DNA of 64,000 nucleotides from Octopus vulgaris. Lineage: Eukaryota. A model generated the notes under the pieces. The model did no database searches, was not told the DNA's origin, and saw only the letters and a program-made list of their open reading frames with translations. Positions within the stretch are counted from its first letter, which is position 1. Every line of letters starts with the position of its first letter. A program made the position numbers and the translations under genes. Below are positions 40,146 through 54,150 of the stretch, piece by piece. Where the stretch lies: NCBI GenBank assembly GCA_951406725.2, contig OX597817.1, positions 74,152,001 through 74,216,000 of the forward strand. The letters are read 5' to 3'.

Positions 40146-40935
40146 TATATAGAGATGTAACTAAATACTGTATGGCAACTTGTCCAATGCTGTAATGATT
40201 CTGTCAGTCAACTTCTCTACAACTCCTAAATATTGATTTCAAATTTTGGCACAAGGCCAGCAGGTTTGGGGGAGGGGCTAGTTGATTAAATTAATCCCCA
40301 GTGTTCAACTGGTACTTATTTTATTGAGCTCAAAAGGATAACAGGCGAAGTCCACCCTGGCATAATTTAAACTCCAAAGGTAAAGACGGATGAAATGTTG
40401 CTAAACATTTCACCCAGTATGCTAATGATTCTGCCAGCTCACTGCCTTATACAACTTCTAAATATTAATTACTGTGGGTCGAGCCAGGTGAGATTGTAAC
40501 CATGGCTCATGCTGGTGTTTCATAACTGGCACCCGTGCCAGTGGCATGTAAAAAGCACCGACTACACACTTGGAGTGGTTGGCATTAGGAAGGGAATCCA
40601 GCTGTAGAAACCATGCAAAATCAGATTGGAACCTGATGCAGCTCCCCACCTTACTAGCTTTCAGTCAAACTGTCCAGTCCATGCTAGCATGGAAAATGGA
40701 CGTTAAATGATGATAATGATGATTTGAGTACGATATGATCTTGAATATAATAATGTGACATCCATTCTTTTGTACCTAAAAATCAGTAATGTATTATATT
40801 GTCTTGCTTTTGTTTTACACTTGACTATCAAGCTGCATAACAATTTTGACCTTGACATTTGCATTAAATTTCTAGCGTCAGACACATGTAAATACAGTAT
40901 TTTCTAATTTCTGCTTCTTTTTTTCTATTTCACAG

Positions 40936-41557
40936 TCGAGCTGTTCAGAAGAACCCAGACCTCCTTCCTGAGACACCAATCCAGAACATTTTCTATGATG
41001 ATTTCTGGGGGACACCATTGGTCAATAGTGGTTCGCATAAATCATACAGACCAATATGTGTGCTCTCGTTCCGCCTGAATCATTTCTTCAGTAAACTGAA
41101 CCCTTGGAGCTACCATTTTACCAATGTTTTACTTCACTCGTTAGTCACAGTTTGCTTCACTCATATGTCGAGTGTTTTCCTCCACCGAACTCTACCAACA
41201 CTCATTGCAGGAATCTTGTTTGCTACACACCCAGTTCACACAGAAGCTGTTGCTGGCATTGTAGGACGAGCAGATGTTGGAGCTTGTCTGTTTTTCATAC
41301 TCAGCTTTCTTAGCTACCGTCAATATATTTACTACAGGGATGGCTATTGTGATGGAAGCCCTAAAGAATTTAGCAGCCCTGAAGCAACCCCACATCGCAA
41401 CAAGAGGCTTTTGTATCTGTTCTTGTCTGCTGTTTTAGCTACGTTGAGCATGTTGACCAAAGAACATGGAATTACTGTTCTGGGTGTCTGCATCATCTAT
41501 GAAGTGTTTGTTCATCAGAAAATATCACCAAAGGCTTTCCTTCAAATTTTCAAACAG
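40936..41557 (+). CDS. TMTC2: TMTC2-like protein O-mannosyltransferase, internal coding exon (probably exon 2), N-terminal transmembrane GT-C region
   Basis: Polypyrimidine tract plus CACAG acceptor ends at 40935; donor CAG|GTATGT follows 41557. It translates (S)RAVQKNPDLLPETPIQNIFYDDFWGTPLVNSGSHKSYRPICVLSFRLNH...HPVHTEAVAGIVGRADVGACLFF...KEHGITVLGVC, matching TMTC2 motifs as I recall them (SHKSYRP, HTEAVAGIVGRADVG). 622 nt, entering in phase 2 and leaving in phase 0. Confidence 0.95.
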
Positions 41558-42010
41558 GTATGTATATTTTCAATGTGAATAGTAAAACTTAAAAGTGAGT
41601 GAGTGAGAGAGAGAGAGAGAAAGAGAGAGAGACAGTGTAGAACAGTAATGGGGAATTTAGTGTTTGACTGCAAATCAGCTTTTGATCAACCAAGCCCATT
41701 ATTAAAGACATTCCAATATATCTTTTCTTTGTTTGAGACAATATGATGTGAATTGAGCAAAATTTAACCATTTCTAATATGTTGAGTGATCACATAGTTG
41801 TTCCCCTCATAGGGTCAGACCACCATAATAATAAGCAGTCATTAGAGAATATCAAAAATGAAATGACCAATAAGACCACTTCATTTGTGTTTGGACACTA
41901 ACTTACATGTTAGTAATATCTATTAGTTCCTCTTGCAAAGTTATAATGTTATTGCTCGTCATCTACCTGTCTTTTGAGGGGTATCTAGTATTTGTTATTG
42001 TTCATCACCT

Positions 42011-42238
42011 GGCGAGCTGGCAGAAATGTTAGCACGCTGGGCGAAATGCGTAGCCGTATTTCGTCTGCCGTTACGTTCTGGGTTCAAATTCTGCCGAGGT
42101 TGACTTTGCCTTTCATCCTTTCAGGGTCGATAAATTAAGTACCAGTTACGCACTGGGGTCGATGTAATCGACTTAATCCATTTGTCTGTCCTTGTTTGTC
42201 CCCTCTGTGTTTGGCCCCTTGTGGGCAGTAAAGAAATA
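42011..42238 (+). mobile_element. SINE family D, full-length, well-preserved copy with LINE-like tail
   Basis: GGCGAGCTGGCAGAAATGTTAGC head, GGTTCAAATTC B-box, and the same body and tail as 13801-14016. Confidence 0.88.
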
Positions 42239-42629
42239 TATCTTTTTAAGGTTATTTACTAGTAACTTATCTAATTGGTTATTTCTTGCTTTCAAGTTGG
42301 AAGAATGTTATTTGAAGGAATTGTTGTTAATATTTCTAGCAGGTAGAGCTTATCATGTATAAACTCTCTTTCAATGGATTTGAGAAATGTAACATCTGTG
42401 AAGCTGGTGTATTACCTTGAGAAAAAATTTGTCTCTTGTTTGCTTATCTCGCAGCTTTAAGAACCTGTTAGAGTTATTGGAAATGAGAGGATGCAATAAA
42501 ATCACTTTGCTGTATCTGGTAGACTGTCACAGACCTCTTAAGTCTTACTGTAATTAGTTCTAATCCAGCAAAGGAACACTTTGCCTTTCCTTCTTCCGGG
42601 GTCATTAAAAGACCATTTCATTTTTGCTG

Positions 42630-42930
42630 CCCCCTCCCTCTCCTTCCTTCCTTTCTTTCTTTCTTTCTTTCTTCCTTTCTTCCTTCCTTTCTTCCTTCCT
42701 TCCGTCCTTCTTTCCTTCCTTTCTTTCTTTCTTTCTTTCTTTCCAGAATCAGTTATAACGATTCTAAGATGCTTCTTTCTTTCTTTCTTTCTTTCGTCCT
42801 TCCGTCCTTCCTTCATTCCTTTCTTCCTTCCTTCCTTCATTCCTTTCTTCCTTCCCTTCCTTCCTTTCTATCTTTCTTTCTTTCTTTCTTTCTTTCCAGA
42901 ATCAGTTATAACGATTTCTAAGATGCTTGT
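42630..42930. repeat. (CTTT/CCTT)n tract containing a duplicated unique 35-nt segment
   Basis: TTCCAGAATCAGTTATAACGATT(T)CTAAGATGCTT occurs at about 42741 and about 42894. Confidence 0.85.
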
Positions 42931-44462
42931 AAGGGAACATTCACTGTGTCACTTTCCCAGTTTTTAAAATTCACAATTTGTTAGTAAAATACTTAAATGT
43001 ATTTACTTTTGTTAGTTTAAAGGAAAAACTCTTGGTAAGCCTATAGAATAAGTGTAAATCTAAGAAAAACACAAAGAAATAATGATTTCAAGAATGCATT
43101 GCAAACACATTCTCTCTGAAGGAAATCCTTAACCCTTTTGATACCACCTTGCCCTAAGACCACTCTCTTTTTCTTATTATACAATGTTTCTGTTTTAGAG
43201 CAACTGAAATTAAAAACCTTCCATTAAACTTTCATGTTAATTTATGCTTCAAACAAAGTAGCACATATTGAGTAATGGAGTTCTAGATAGGTTGTAATTG
43301 ACCAAGAAAGAGAGAGAGAGAGGATTGCTGTGATTGGAACATCTTTGATCATAAAGATTTGGACAGACTTAGGTCAACTAACAATAACAGTTGCACTGAT
43401 TATTTTGAGTTTTCATCCTAGTGGAATGCAAGACAATTGGAAAGTCATACTTCTAAGTGCTTTAGTCAGGGGTATTTGTTGCAGAGTGCACATACGCATG
43501 GATATATATCTATATATATATATATATATCAATTTTCTCTTGAAAATATTTTGTTCAGTATACAACCTCTCACTCTCTCTGTTGCCTGTCTGTTTGTCTG
43601 TCTGCCTGCCTGTCTACCCGGCTGTCTAGCTAACAAGCTTTTTCACTACTATGACTTCCGAAAAACCATATTCTCCTTGAAGTTCATTTCTGTACTACCA
43701 ACAACCACCCACAGACAGTCAAGGGAGTAACATTATAGCTAAATTAGCAATATTTGCAAATCAACCAGTAGATAAGTTTGCTTTTTACTGAAGCAATCAT
43801 GTACTTAAGTTTGACCCACTGGAACTGTTGAATCTGTGTTTCCATTAAAAACCTTATGAAAGCCTTAGTTGTATATATATGATCTGAATATTGCAGCTAT
43901 TACTGTTGATGTTGATGTTGTTGTTAAAACGCTGATCAAGGCATCGTCTCGTCTTTTTCAATTTTTTTTTCTTTAAAGACAGTATAGTGTGAACTAACCG
44001 TTTAGCAGTTAAACTGATCATATCTGGCCCAAATATTCTACTTGTCTTATGTTCAAAATAGCTAGATTTGGCCTTTCACATCTATCCTACAATGTCATTC
44101 TAAAATTAAACAATCACTTCATCAAAATCTTGAGGTTATAAGATACTATATGATTAACTCAAAATAATGAGAATAAATAAGCATTACATTTGACAGAGTT
44201 AAGGGTTAAGGGAAAATGAAAAACTAATATGGTTGCTATTTCTAGTAGGTTAAACAATCACATAGAGGCTCCCTTGCTGGTTTGTGATCCAAAAGTATTG
44301 ATCCCTGAAACTTAGAAACCAATGAGAATGCATCTATATTTCCATTGACTTTCTCCTCCTCTTCTTCTTCTTCTTCATGGTTGTTTGGAAGCTGTGGATG
44401 AATTCAGTTTTACATTCAAGTAATGAAGCTATTCACTGAAAATTCAGTAATCTGATATAACT

Positions 44463-44555
44463 CATTATCAGAGCTTAAGTTAGGATACAATAACATCATC
44501 AGAGCTTAAGTTAAGATTCAATAACATTATCAGAGCTTAAGTTAGGATACAATGA
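44463..44555. repeat. Minisatellite, 3 x 31 nt
   Basis: CATTATCAGAGCTTAAGTTAGGATACAATAA repeated three times head to tail, with few substitutions. Confidence 0.92.
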
Positions 44556-45651
44556 CAAACAACTAATTGAAAAATATATGGGTTTTAACTGTTCACCATT
44601 TATATGTTTTCATGCTAGTTTCGGTAAAAAATGGTGTGTGGAATTCTTTTATTTGTTCACTGATTTGAATCATTGGATTGTGGTCATAATGGGGCCCCCC
44701 TCATTAAGGATGTTAGTTGATTGTACCAAGCCCAAAACTTACAGATTGTTACTTTATTTTTGTTTTATAATTGTATAGGCCTTACAATGATGAAAAGCAA
44801 AATCAATCTGGACCGGATTTGAGCACAGAATATAAAATAAAAGGAAATAATCAAATACTATTTGATATTTCATCTGATGCTTTACTGATTCTACCATCAA
44901 ATTCTGCCCCCCCCCCACATATATATCTATAGGCAAATCTAGGAACAAAAAAGAAAAAAAACAGGCAAAAACAGCAGAAATCAATTGGATTTACATAGTG
45001 AATATGTTAGATTAATGTTCAGTGAAAGCCCTAGATGGAAAAATAGGAGTAGAAATGACATTTCTAGCATGGTTCTTCATGTATACGATAAAGATTCCCT
45101 TCAGTCATGAATGACTGTGGGATTACACCTAGAAAGTTGCCCTTTGAGGCACAGATCCAGGCAAGGTTGTTTATGGAAGACCAGCTTCCCCTCTTGATGC
45201 CACTGATATTATCCAAAGGAAAGGCAAAGCCCAATACAAAGTGGCACCAGTGATGCTGCAACTCATTTCTACAGCTGAGAGAACTAGAGCCTCATGAAGG
45301 AAAGTGTCTTGCTCAAGAACACAACACATAACCTGGTCCAGAAATTGAATTCACTACCTCATGATAATGAGCCACTGAGTAACACACTTACACACACACA
45401 TATACACACATATGTCTGTGTGTATATATGTATCTCCTTGTCTTAACACAACATGGCATTCATTTTCAATAGTTTACAAAAACATGTCTGGTCATGGAGA
45501 AATATTACTTTTCTTAGAATCAGGTAAGTGTTAGTGACAAGAAGGGCATCCAGTTGTAGAAATTCTACCTCAATAAACTCTGTCCAGCTCATGAAAGCAT
45601 GAAAAGTGGACATTAAAACAATAATGATGATGATGACGCACTTCCTAAATA

Positions 45652-45872
45652 TGCGAGTGGGTGCTGAAAAATTCCTGCCTTTAAGGGTATTAGAAAAGGC
45701 CTGCTTGGAGGCCCAAACTTCCAAATTTTTTTACAGGGCTTGGAAAAACTGAAGGACCACTGCAGTAAGTGTGTGAATCTGAGAGGAGAATATGTTTGGT
45801 AAAACCATAAATAACTCATCCTCCTGTATTTTCTTTTACCCAAAGCCAGGAACTTTTCCGCACCCCCTCATA
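45652..45872 (+). mobile_element. Mariner MITE retaining the transposase C-terminus
   Basis: TIRs GAGTGGGTGCTGAAAAATTCCTGCCTTT / AAAGCCAGGAACTTTTCCGCACCCCCTC; the interior reads FFTGLGKTE / HCSKCVNLRGEYV, matching the mariner terminal motif KC...G.YVE. Confidence 0.8.
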
Positions 45873-46514
45873 CCAGATCACTGAATGGTCGGTCACAACT
45901 AGACTAACTTTGTTGTTTAGTGCTCAGTTCAAGCCTGTTTTAAACCAAGCGATAACTTGGCTCTAAACGACAATAACAAACAGCATTAACAACAACAACA
46001 ACAAGACTTAATAGTACTGGAGGAGTAAAACCTGCTTTTATTTTTGTCAAGCAAATTAAAAGTAAGTAGAGTTAAGTGGTTTGGCGATCAGGAGGAACAG
46101 AATACCATTGTGGCTACATTAGCAGAGTTTACAGATGAATGAGAAAATTAATAAGCTTGTGTTTTTACTTGACCAATTAGCTGTTTGAAGTTCTCTATGT
46201 AGCTATGTTCTCTTAAAAGCAGGCAAAGTATTTATTTATGCAAATATATTCAGAGATGTACATTTTGTGCCAGGAATTCAATCAAGTGGCTTTTTAACAA
46301 CCTAACAATGCATTTGCATTTCAGACAAAATCTGCTAAGCCATATATTACAAAGCTGACAGGTGTGGATGTATGGATGAATACACATATGTGAGTCTGTG
46401 TGTGTGTGAATGTGTATATGTATATATGTATGCATACATATATATGTATGTTCTTTGTGTGTATTTGTTGCAATATGCATACAGGCAAATGCAGCATATA
46501 TGCATGGATATATG

Positions 46515-46556
<42 letters not shown>

Positions 46557-47483
46557 CATATTTATACACATACACACACATACATGCCTACACATAGACA
46601 TATATGCATATAGTTCTATACTCATAAATTAATTCACTTTCTTTTGAAAATGTTGTTCAACATCCTGCCTATCTCTTTCAAACAATTTCACCACTTTGAC
46701 TTTTCAAATAATCTCTTCTGCTTAAACATTATTTTTCTAGCAACCTAACCATCCTACACATACATATATATACACACATGTGTAGATATACATTCTAAGT
46801 ATTTCATTCACACTCACACGGTTGCATTTCAGATCAAGGCAGAGATAGATTTCATTCACTCATCTACACTTAGCTTATAAATATACAGAAATGCTACATC
46901 CCACTTATAATTCACACATACACACACTGAAAATGTACACTAAGACATGCATACATATACATTTACAAATAAATATTCAGAAATACAAATGTGTATGCTT
47001 TTGTTGTTTGGGTGGTATATTTTATACATGTTCTTGCATGCGCATGTGTGCACACACACACACACACACGCTTGCACTCACATAATTGCACACAGAAACA
47101 CATTTCATTTATATTTCATTTAATCACTTAAACACATACACACACATATTTATGCATGTGTGTATATACATATATATATAATGTGATCCCAAATGTTTTG
47201 CTTTTTCATTTTATATCTATATCTATCTATCTATCTATATATATATAAGATATAAAATGATGTATATTTATGTGTATATGTGTGTGTGTGCATATATTAT
47301 TTCACACACTGAAATGTACAAACAGAACCGCATTATGAATGGTCTGCCAACAAGCAATACTGTAATTTCATCTATTAATTAATATTACAGCGACTGCGTC
47401 TTATATTTAATCTTTAAGAGTTGTAAAATTATTCAAATTCCATTAATATACCCCAACATCTCTCTTTCTCTCTCTCTCTCTCA

Positions 47484-47527
<44 letters not shown>

Positions 47528-48711
47528 ACCTCCCTACACTATATGGCAGACTGTGGCGGGGCGGGGCATGTTGTGTGTGTTTGTGTGCATACACATGTTT
47601 GTGACCCTGTTTTTGAAAGGTCACATGGGATGGTTTGTATAAACATTTTTAACTAGGGTTATATCACAAATTGTAGACAGGTCCCTAAATTATAATGTTT
47701 GTTTTAACTAATTTGATATCCTTTGCTTGTTGGCATTGGCATATATAATGTTGTATGTTTGTAGTTTTATCTCACATACCATACGTATATTGGTATGTGT
47801 GTTATGTTATATTTGTGTGTGTGTGTGTGTGTGTATGTAAATGCCTTTTACATTCTAAATTTTTTACTTGTTTCAATCATTGGATTGCAGCCATGCTGAG
47901 TAACACTTTTAAGAGTTTAGAAGAACAAACTGATCCCAATTCTTATTTGAAGTAAAAGAAAACTGGTACTTGAATTATCGGTCTCTTTTGCTGAACCACT
48001 AAGTTGTGGCAATGAAAACATACCAAGTCTGGTGGTTAAGTGATGTGGAGGGGTTAACAGATACACACACAGGTGCACATGCAAGTGTGCAGAGAGAGAG
48101 AGAGAGTCTCTATTTACCAGATTTACTCACAAAGCATTGGTGGACCTGGGTCTATAGCAGAAATAGAAGACACTTACCCAACATGGCAGACAGTGTAATA
48201 TGAACCTGAAGCCATATGGTTGCAAAGTGATCTTTTTAATATCATATATAATATGAATAGCTTTTAGGCACAGAGGCACAGGCATGACTATTGTTAAGAA
48301 GTATATTTCACAGCTACATGACTTAAGATCCAGTCCTACTGCCTGGCACCTTGGGCAAGTGTCTTCTACTTTATCCCACCAGTCAACCAATGCCTAGCAA
48401 GTGACTTTGTTAGGCAAGAACTGTTCAAATCCCATTGTGTATATGTATGTATGTATGTATATCTATCAATCTACCTATCTGTCTAATCTATCCATCTAAT
48501 CTGTCTATCAAATCTATCTATCTAATCTATCTGTCTAATCTATCTTATCTATCTAATCCATCTGTCTAATCTATCTTCATCATCATCATCGTTTAACATC
48601 TGCTTTCCATGCTAGCATGGGTTATCTGTCTTATCTATCATATCTATCTTATCTATCTATCTATCTATCTTTCTATCTTTGGTATCTATTTATCTTTACT
48701 GAATCTATCTG

Positions 48712-48748
<37 letters not shown>

Positions 48749-50633
48749 ATCTTACTGAATCAATCTACCTATCTATCTAAACTGTCTTCCACTTTTCTTT
48801 TTTTCTTCTTCCTTCCTTGCTCCTTCTTTTACCTCCTCTCCATCACTTCCCCCTGTACCTCCACCTCACACTCATCAGTTATTGGAACTCACTACTTCCG
48901 TATTTTGGCCTGATTTCTTTGGCTAGATGTCTTTCTTATCATCAACCACTTCACAGCATATTCTGGATGCATTTTATTGTATCTCCTACAATAACAGAGG
49001 TTGAATAGACCTCAGTGAGACAGGGCTGTTGGGATCTCATATTCTTACACTTTCTCTGCTCACATGCCAACCATTTGTCTGTGTACTGAGTAAAGTGCAT
49101 TTTCTGTAGCACTGACACCAGAGAAGTCGCTGTGCTCTTCCTTTTCTCTAGAGGTGGCATGATTTGACAGGTTCTGTCTTGATATCAGCGCATAAAGCTG
49201 GATGAAAATGTCTTGTACGCAAGTAATGTAGAAAGTACTCAATAGCCTAACACATGTGGATCAAGGCTGAGGAGGCAATACAAAATAGGGTGATTACAGC
49301 AGCATATCCAGAAATACGTGAGGGGTGCATGAGTGTTAAGTGTAGAGTGTATTTAATAATCTAAAGCATGTACATTTACTCAGGTGGTCAAGAAAGGGAT
49401 TAGTAAAGAGAGAAAGAGAGAGGGGTGGTGGGGAATTGGTCATTATTGGATAAAAGGCAAGGTTGACTTTGGTGAGATTTGAACTCAGTGCACAAAGAGC
49501 TGGAATGGATATCACAAAAATTCAATCTGGCATGTCCTAATGACTGACAACATGCTGCCTTCTTGGGCATTGTAGTCCTAGATATGCAATACAGACAGAA
49601 CAGAATGGTCATGACTGGAATGTATTTGGTCATAAGTCTACTCAATCAGGGCTGATCTGAGGTTTAAACCATATCACTAGTTATCAAAGAAAGAAAGAAA
49701 GGAAAAAAGAAAAAAACATGTAAATCAAGAAACTGAATGACTACGTAATGCCTCCTATGTACATTAAGTTAAGCCAAGTACACCATAAATCCAGTGTAGT
49801 TACATTTGACAAGGCGACCAACTGCTAAATGTTGCACTTACACCTGTATGTTATCAAGAGAAATAAAAAAAAGAAACCAAACAAGCAAAACAGAAAGACC
49901 AAAAACAATGTGAAAGGGGTGGGGTTGCTATGGCGTTAATTGAATCAAGGAATTTCACTAAATTATATATCATCTAATATGTATTTTTCTGTATAATGCT
50001 GTCCATTGTCTTTCATAGAAATTCCTACAGAATTCAACCAACAGAGTGGGAGTGAGGGGTATATGGTGGGGGTGGATGGGTGAATGTTTGATTTGGTGTG
50101 TTTTGTTTAATTAATTAATTAGCTTTCCGTTCTAATTAATCTGCCTGTTTACTTTGCTTCCTTCCCATCTAGTAATAGAAATCGCTGGGTTTTAATGTAG
50201 GTACACCAGCAATCCTTTGTGAGATGGTGATGGAAAGGTTAAGTATCAGGACGAGAACCTGGCCATAAAGCAACTGTCACAAAATGTCTCATCCAATGCA
50301 TGCCAGTATGGCAAAGCAGATGATGATGATGGTGAAGGTGGTGATAGTGGCAGCAACTGGTTAATCAAAATGACTTGACTTGACTTTGCCTTGACTTGGG
50401 TCCTTAACCTTTGTTAAGAGTTATAGAGATGCCATTAACAAACATATCCTGGGACCTTTAAATCTGGCAAGGTCTAACCATACCAAATTTCTTGTAGAGA
50501 AAGGATAGATAGAGAGATAGACAGACAGACAGACAAATAGATAGACTGATAGGTAGACAGACAGGTATGCCCACAGACAGATAAACAGATAGATAGACAC
50601 AGACAGACTGATAGACAGACAAACTGATAGATA

Positions 50634-51764
50634 TGCTTCTTTATTAGCCACCCAGGGCTGTACACAGACGGGACAGATTACAAAGTAGAGCTTTTCTTTT
50701 TGGGGGGAAAGAAAAATAAAAAAGTTGGGTAGGTTTTCGATCAAAAGGGATTTTAAAAGGGAAAGAAGAAAAAAAAAGAAAAAAAATTATCAATAGGGAT
50801 CATGTATCACAGTGTCATGATGTAAAGTGTAAAGGGGGAACAGATAAGGTTTATCCATGAGAAGAAAAGCCTACGGAAAAGACCACGGTCAATATTGTTA
50901 CATGTTACCACCTTTGTTCGCAAGTAGGTAACCCTCTGTTTTAAATTTCACGGATTCATAGGATTATGCTCAAGGTGACTTCATCATTCATACGTGCCAT
51001 CCTTGCTACATTCACCCATCTTTTTTTGAAACATTCGCTAGACAAAACTTGCCTCTCTACTTTCATTTTCCTTTTCAAGTGATACTTGAAGAAGTTGATG
51101 AGAGATTGACCAGAGAGAAACGTGTTTGTCTCCAATCCTTTCAGACACATCCACCAGATACATTCTTTCACCATAGCCACAAGGATGATGTAAATAGTTC
51201 TTCCTTCCCGTTTGAAGGAAGGAGGCATGACAATATTGATGATAGACTTGGCTGATAAACCGACTCATCTCACACGTGACTGCAGACATTCAACATAAGC
51301 CCACAGGTAGGAAATTGTTGGACACCACACAAGTGCATGCAGAATGGTTTCGTTGCTCTGACTGCATCTCGAGCAGGTCGGCCCTGTGTTTCTCAAGCTG
51401 TGTCTGTAGAGCTTATCCTGAACTGGTACAGCTTCTCAGTAGCACTGCCAGGCCAGGGATCTTTGGGAGTTGTCCATGGGCCCTGGCCCAAAAGTCATCC
51501 TGAACAGGCGGGTCAGGTATTCCTCATCGACATCCAGGTTCGCCCTGATCTCGTCGTTGTACCTCCCCTCCACTAATCCCCTATAGAATGCTTTGGTTGT
51601 GTTGAAGTCACTCAAGGTTGACCCAGGACGGCATAGTTGCTTGAGAGCAACGCGACACTCGTGGTGCCATTCGCCCTTCCTCGGCCTCTTTTTGATCCAC
51701 AACTGCAGTTCGGTCATGGAGATGAGTTGCGGGAAAGCATGCCTCACAAACGGCGACCACACCT
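50634..51764 (-). mobile_element. 5'-truncated L1/Tx1-clade LINE (ORF2 C-terminus with CCHC zinc knuckle plus 3' UTR)
   Basis: A single frame runs 51762 to 50956 with two internal TGA stops: ..QRSLAWQCY*EAVPVQDKLYRH..TCSRCSQSNETILHALVWCP..LW..KECIWW.., a CX2CX8HX4C zf-RVT-type motif. The 3' UTR of about 320 nt has AATAAA at 50645-50640. GATA/GACA repeats flank both sides. Confidence 0.85.
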
Positions 51765-52157
51765 ATAGAATGACTGGTAGGTAGGTAGATAGAGAGATAG
51801 AAGGATAGATAGGTAGTCAGATAGATAGCAGACTGATAGATAGAGTGATAGATAGATATATATATATATATATATATATATAGAGCGAGAGAGAGGAATG
51901 AACTCCAGTAATGGACTTTTGCTTATTTCAGTCATAGGACTGCAGCCATTCTAGTGCACCACCATGACAAGTTTTGATGAACAAATTGGCCAAAGTGCTT
52001 CTTCTATTTTAAATTCTGGCAGTTATTCTATTGGTCCCTTTTGCTGAACGATCAAATTACAAGGACGTAAAAAACCAACACTAATTGTCAAGTGGTGGTG
52101 GAGGACGAACACATATACAGACAAACACACACACACACACAAGCACACACGTGTATG

Positions 52158-52188
<31 letters not shown>

Positions 52189-53199
52189 GTGTGCACACAC
52201 ATATTTATACATACATCTATGCATATGATGCAATTCGGTGACATTCTTGCATGTAGCCTCAAGTAATTTAACACACCACATATAAATATAAAGCTATATA
52301 CGTACTTATTATACATGCACACTTTGATGAGAAGTTCTAATAAGACTGGAACACATCAATGCGTTCATCAGTTGGCAATTAACAATTGTCTATAGTGCCT
52401 CAAAATTTAATCAACCGATCATGGTGAAATTATCTCCCTTATTTTAGATTTTAAACACCTCAAGACGGACGCTTTTATATACTAATTGCTGGTATAATAA
52501 TCTCAGCTGATCAAAGTATATCCAATTGCGGTATTTACATGAGAGACCTGACTGTACCTATCCACCTTTCTACCTATCAACCTATTTACCTAACAACCTA
52601 CAATACTTATGAACCTACCTACCTTACATACATATATATCTATCTACCTGTATGTCAGAGGTATTTATTATTATGTTTGTCATAGACACTAAGAGTTCAA
52701 ATCTAATAATAGCAGACTTATGACTGCCGTGTTCTGTTTATTAGTTTTTGGACAACAGTCTTGGCATACCTCACATTGCCTGGCATGGCTGGTGTAGTTT
52801 ATATTTATGTGTGGTCTATAAAATTAACCCAGACTATGTAAGTGCATACAAGAATATCACCTAATTACAGCACTGAAACAGTAAAAGACACTTAAGCCTC
52901 TTTTATTTATTTATTTATTTATTTCAATTTTGTTTTTTTAAATAGAACTGAAATGTTCATTAGACTACAATTACTTACTAATACATCATCATCATTACCT
53001 AACCAAAACACCATTATCATCTGCTGTTGCTACTTTTGCTGCTACTACTACTACTACTACTACTATCTCCACCACTGCCTGCCCCCTCACCACCACCACC
53101 ATACTACAACTGCAAGGAAAATAGATGAAAATAAGGATGGAACCTCCATGTAGTTTACTTGGTATGCTAGAAATAGCAGTCAAAGTCAGTAAGCAGACT

Positions 53200-54150
53200 T
53201 AGCATCACTACTACTGCTGCAGCTGCCAACAACGTCACTACAATCATCACCAGTACCTATGCCACTACCACCATCATCATCATCAATGACAGCAATAATG
53301 GCATTGTGCCCCCACTAGTATAACTACCACTGACACCACCATTACCACCAACAACGATGCTGCTACCACCACTACTGCCGCTGCCGCCACCATTACCACC
53401 TTCACTACCATCACTCCACCCTGCCAGCATCTTTATCACCAGCAACACCAACACTGCCATTATCATCACTGCCCTTAGCATCCTCACTACCATTACCAAC
53501 AATACCACTAGCATGAAGTATTATGGCCAATACAAACACTGCAGACATCACCACCACCATCACCACATGCACTAAAAATAGAAGCCCCCACCATCATCAA
53601 AAAATGCCACCAACGCAAATTGTCACCCCACCCCACCATCAAACCACTACCACTATCACCATGAAAACCTATTTCTTTACTACCCACAAGGGACTAAACA
53701 CAGAGGAGACAAACAAGGATAAACAAACTGATTAAGTCGATTATATCGACCCCCAGTGCGTAACTGGTACTTAATTTATCAACCCCGAAAGGATGAAAGG
53801 CAAAGTCGACCTCAGTAGAATTTGAACTCAGAACATAATGGCAGACAAAATACCGCTAAGCATTTCGCCCGGCGTGCTAACGTTTCTGCCAGCTCGCACC
53901 ACCACCACCATCATCAAAAATTGAGCTCTTCATCAACAAAACTCCCAATATATTCATCATCAGGACTATCATCATTATTACCACTACCCACCAAACCCAC
54001 TAATACTATCAAATGTTGCCATTCCACCACCACCACCACCACCTACCACCTCAACTACTAAATTGTTTTTCCCCACTTCACTGCCAATATCATTACTTAA
54101 GATTATCACTACTACAATTCCACCACCACCACCACTCCTAATATTGCCAA
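53200..54150. repeat. Degenerate (CAC/CAT/TAC)n tract containing a family D SINE (53670-53897, minus strand)
   Basis: Low complexity is directly visible; the SINE is homologous to 42011-42238. Confidence 0.85.

Noticed and set aside
44463-44555. 31-nt repeats as a CRISPR array
   Set aside because: The units are directly adjacent with no unique spacers, there are no cas genes, and the context is a eukaryotic intron; this is a minisatellite.
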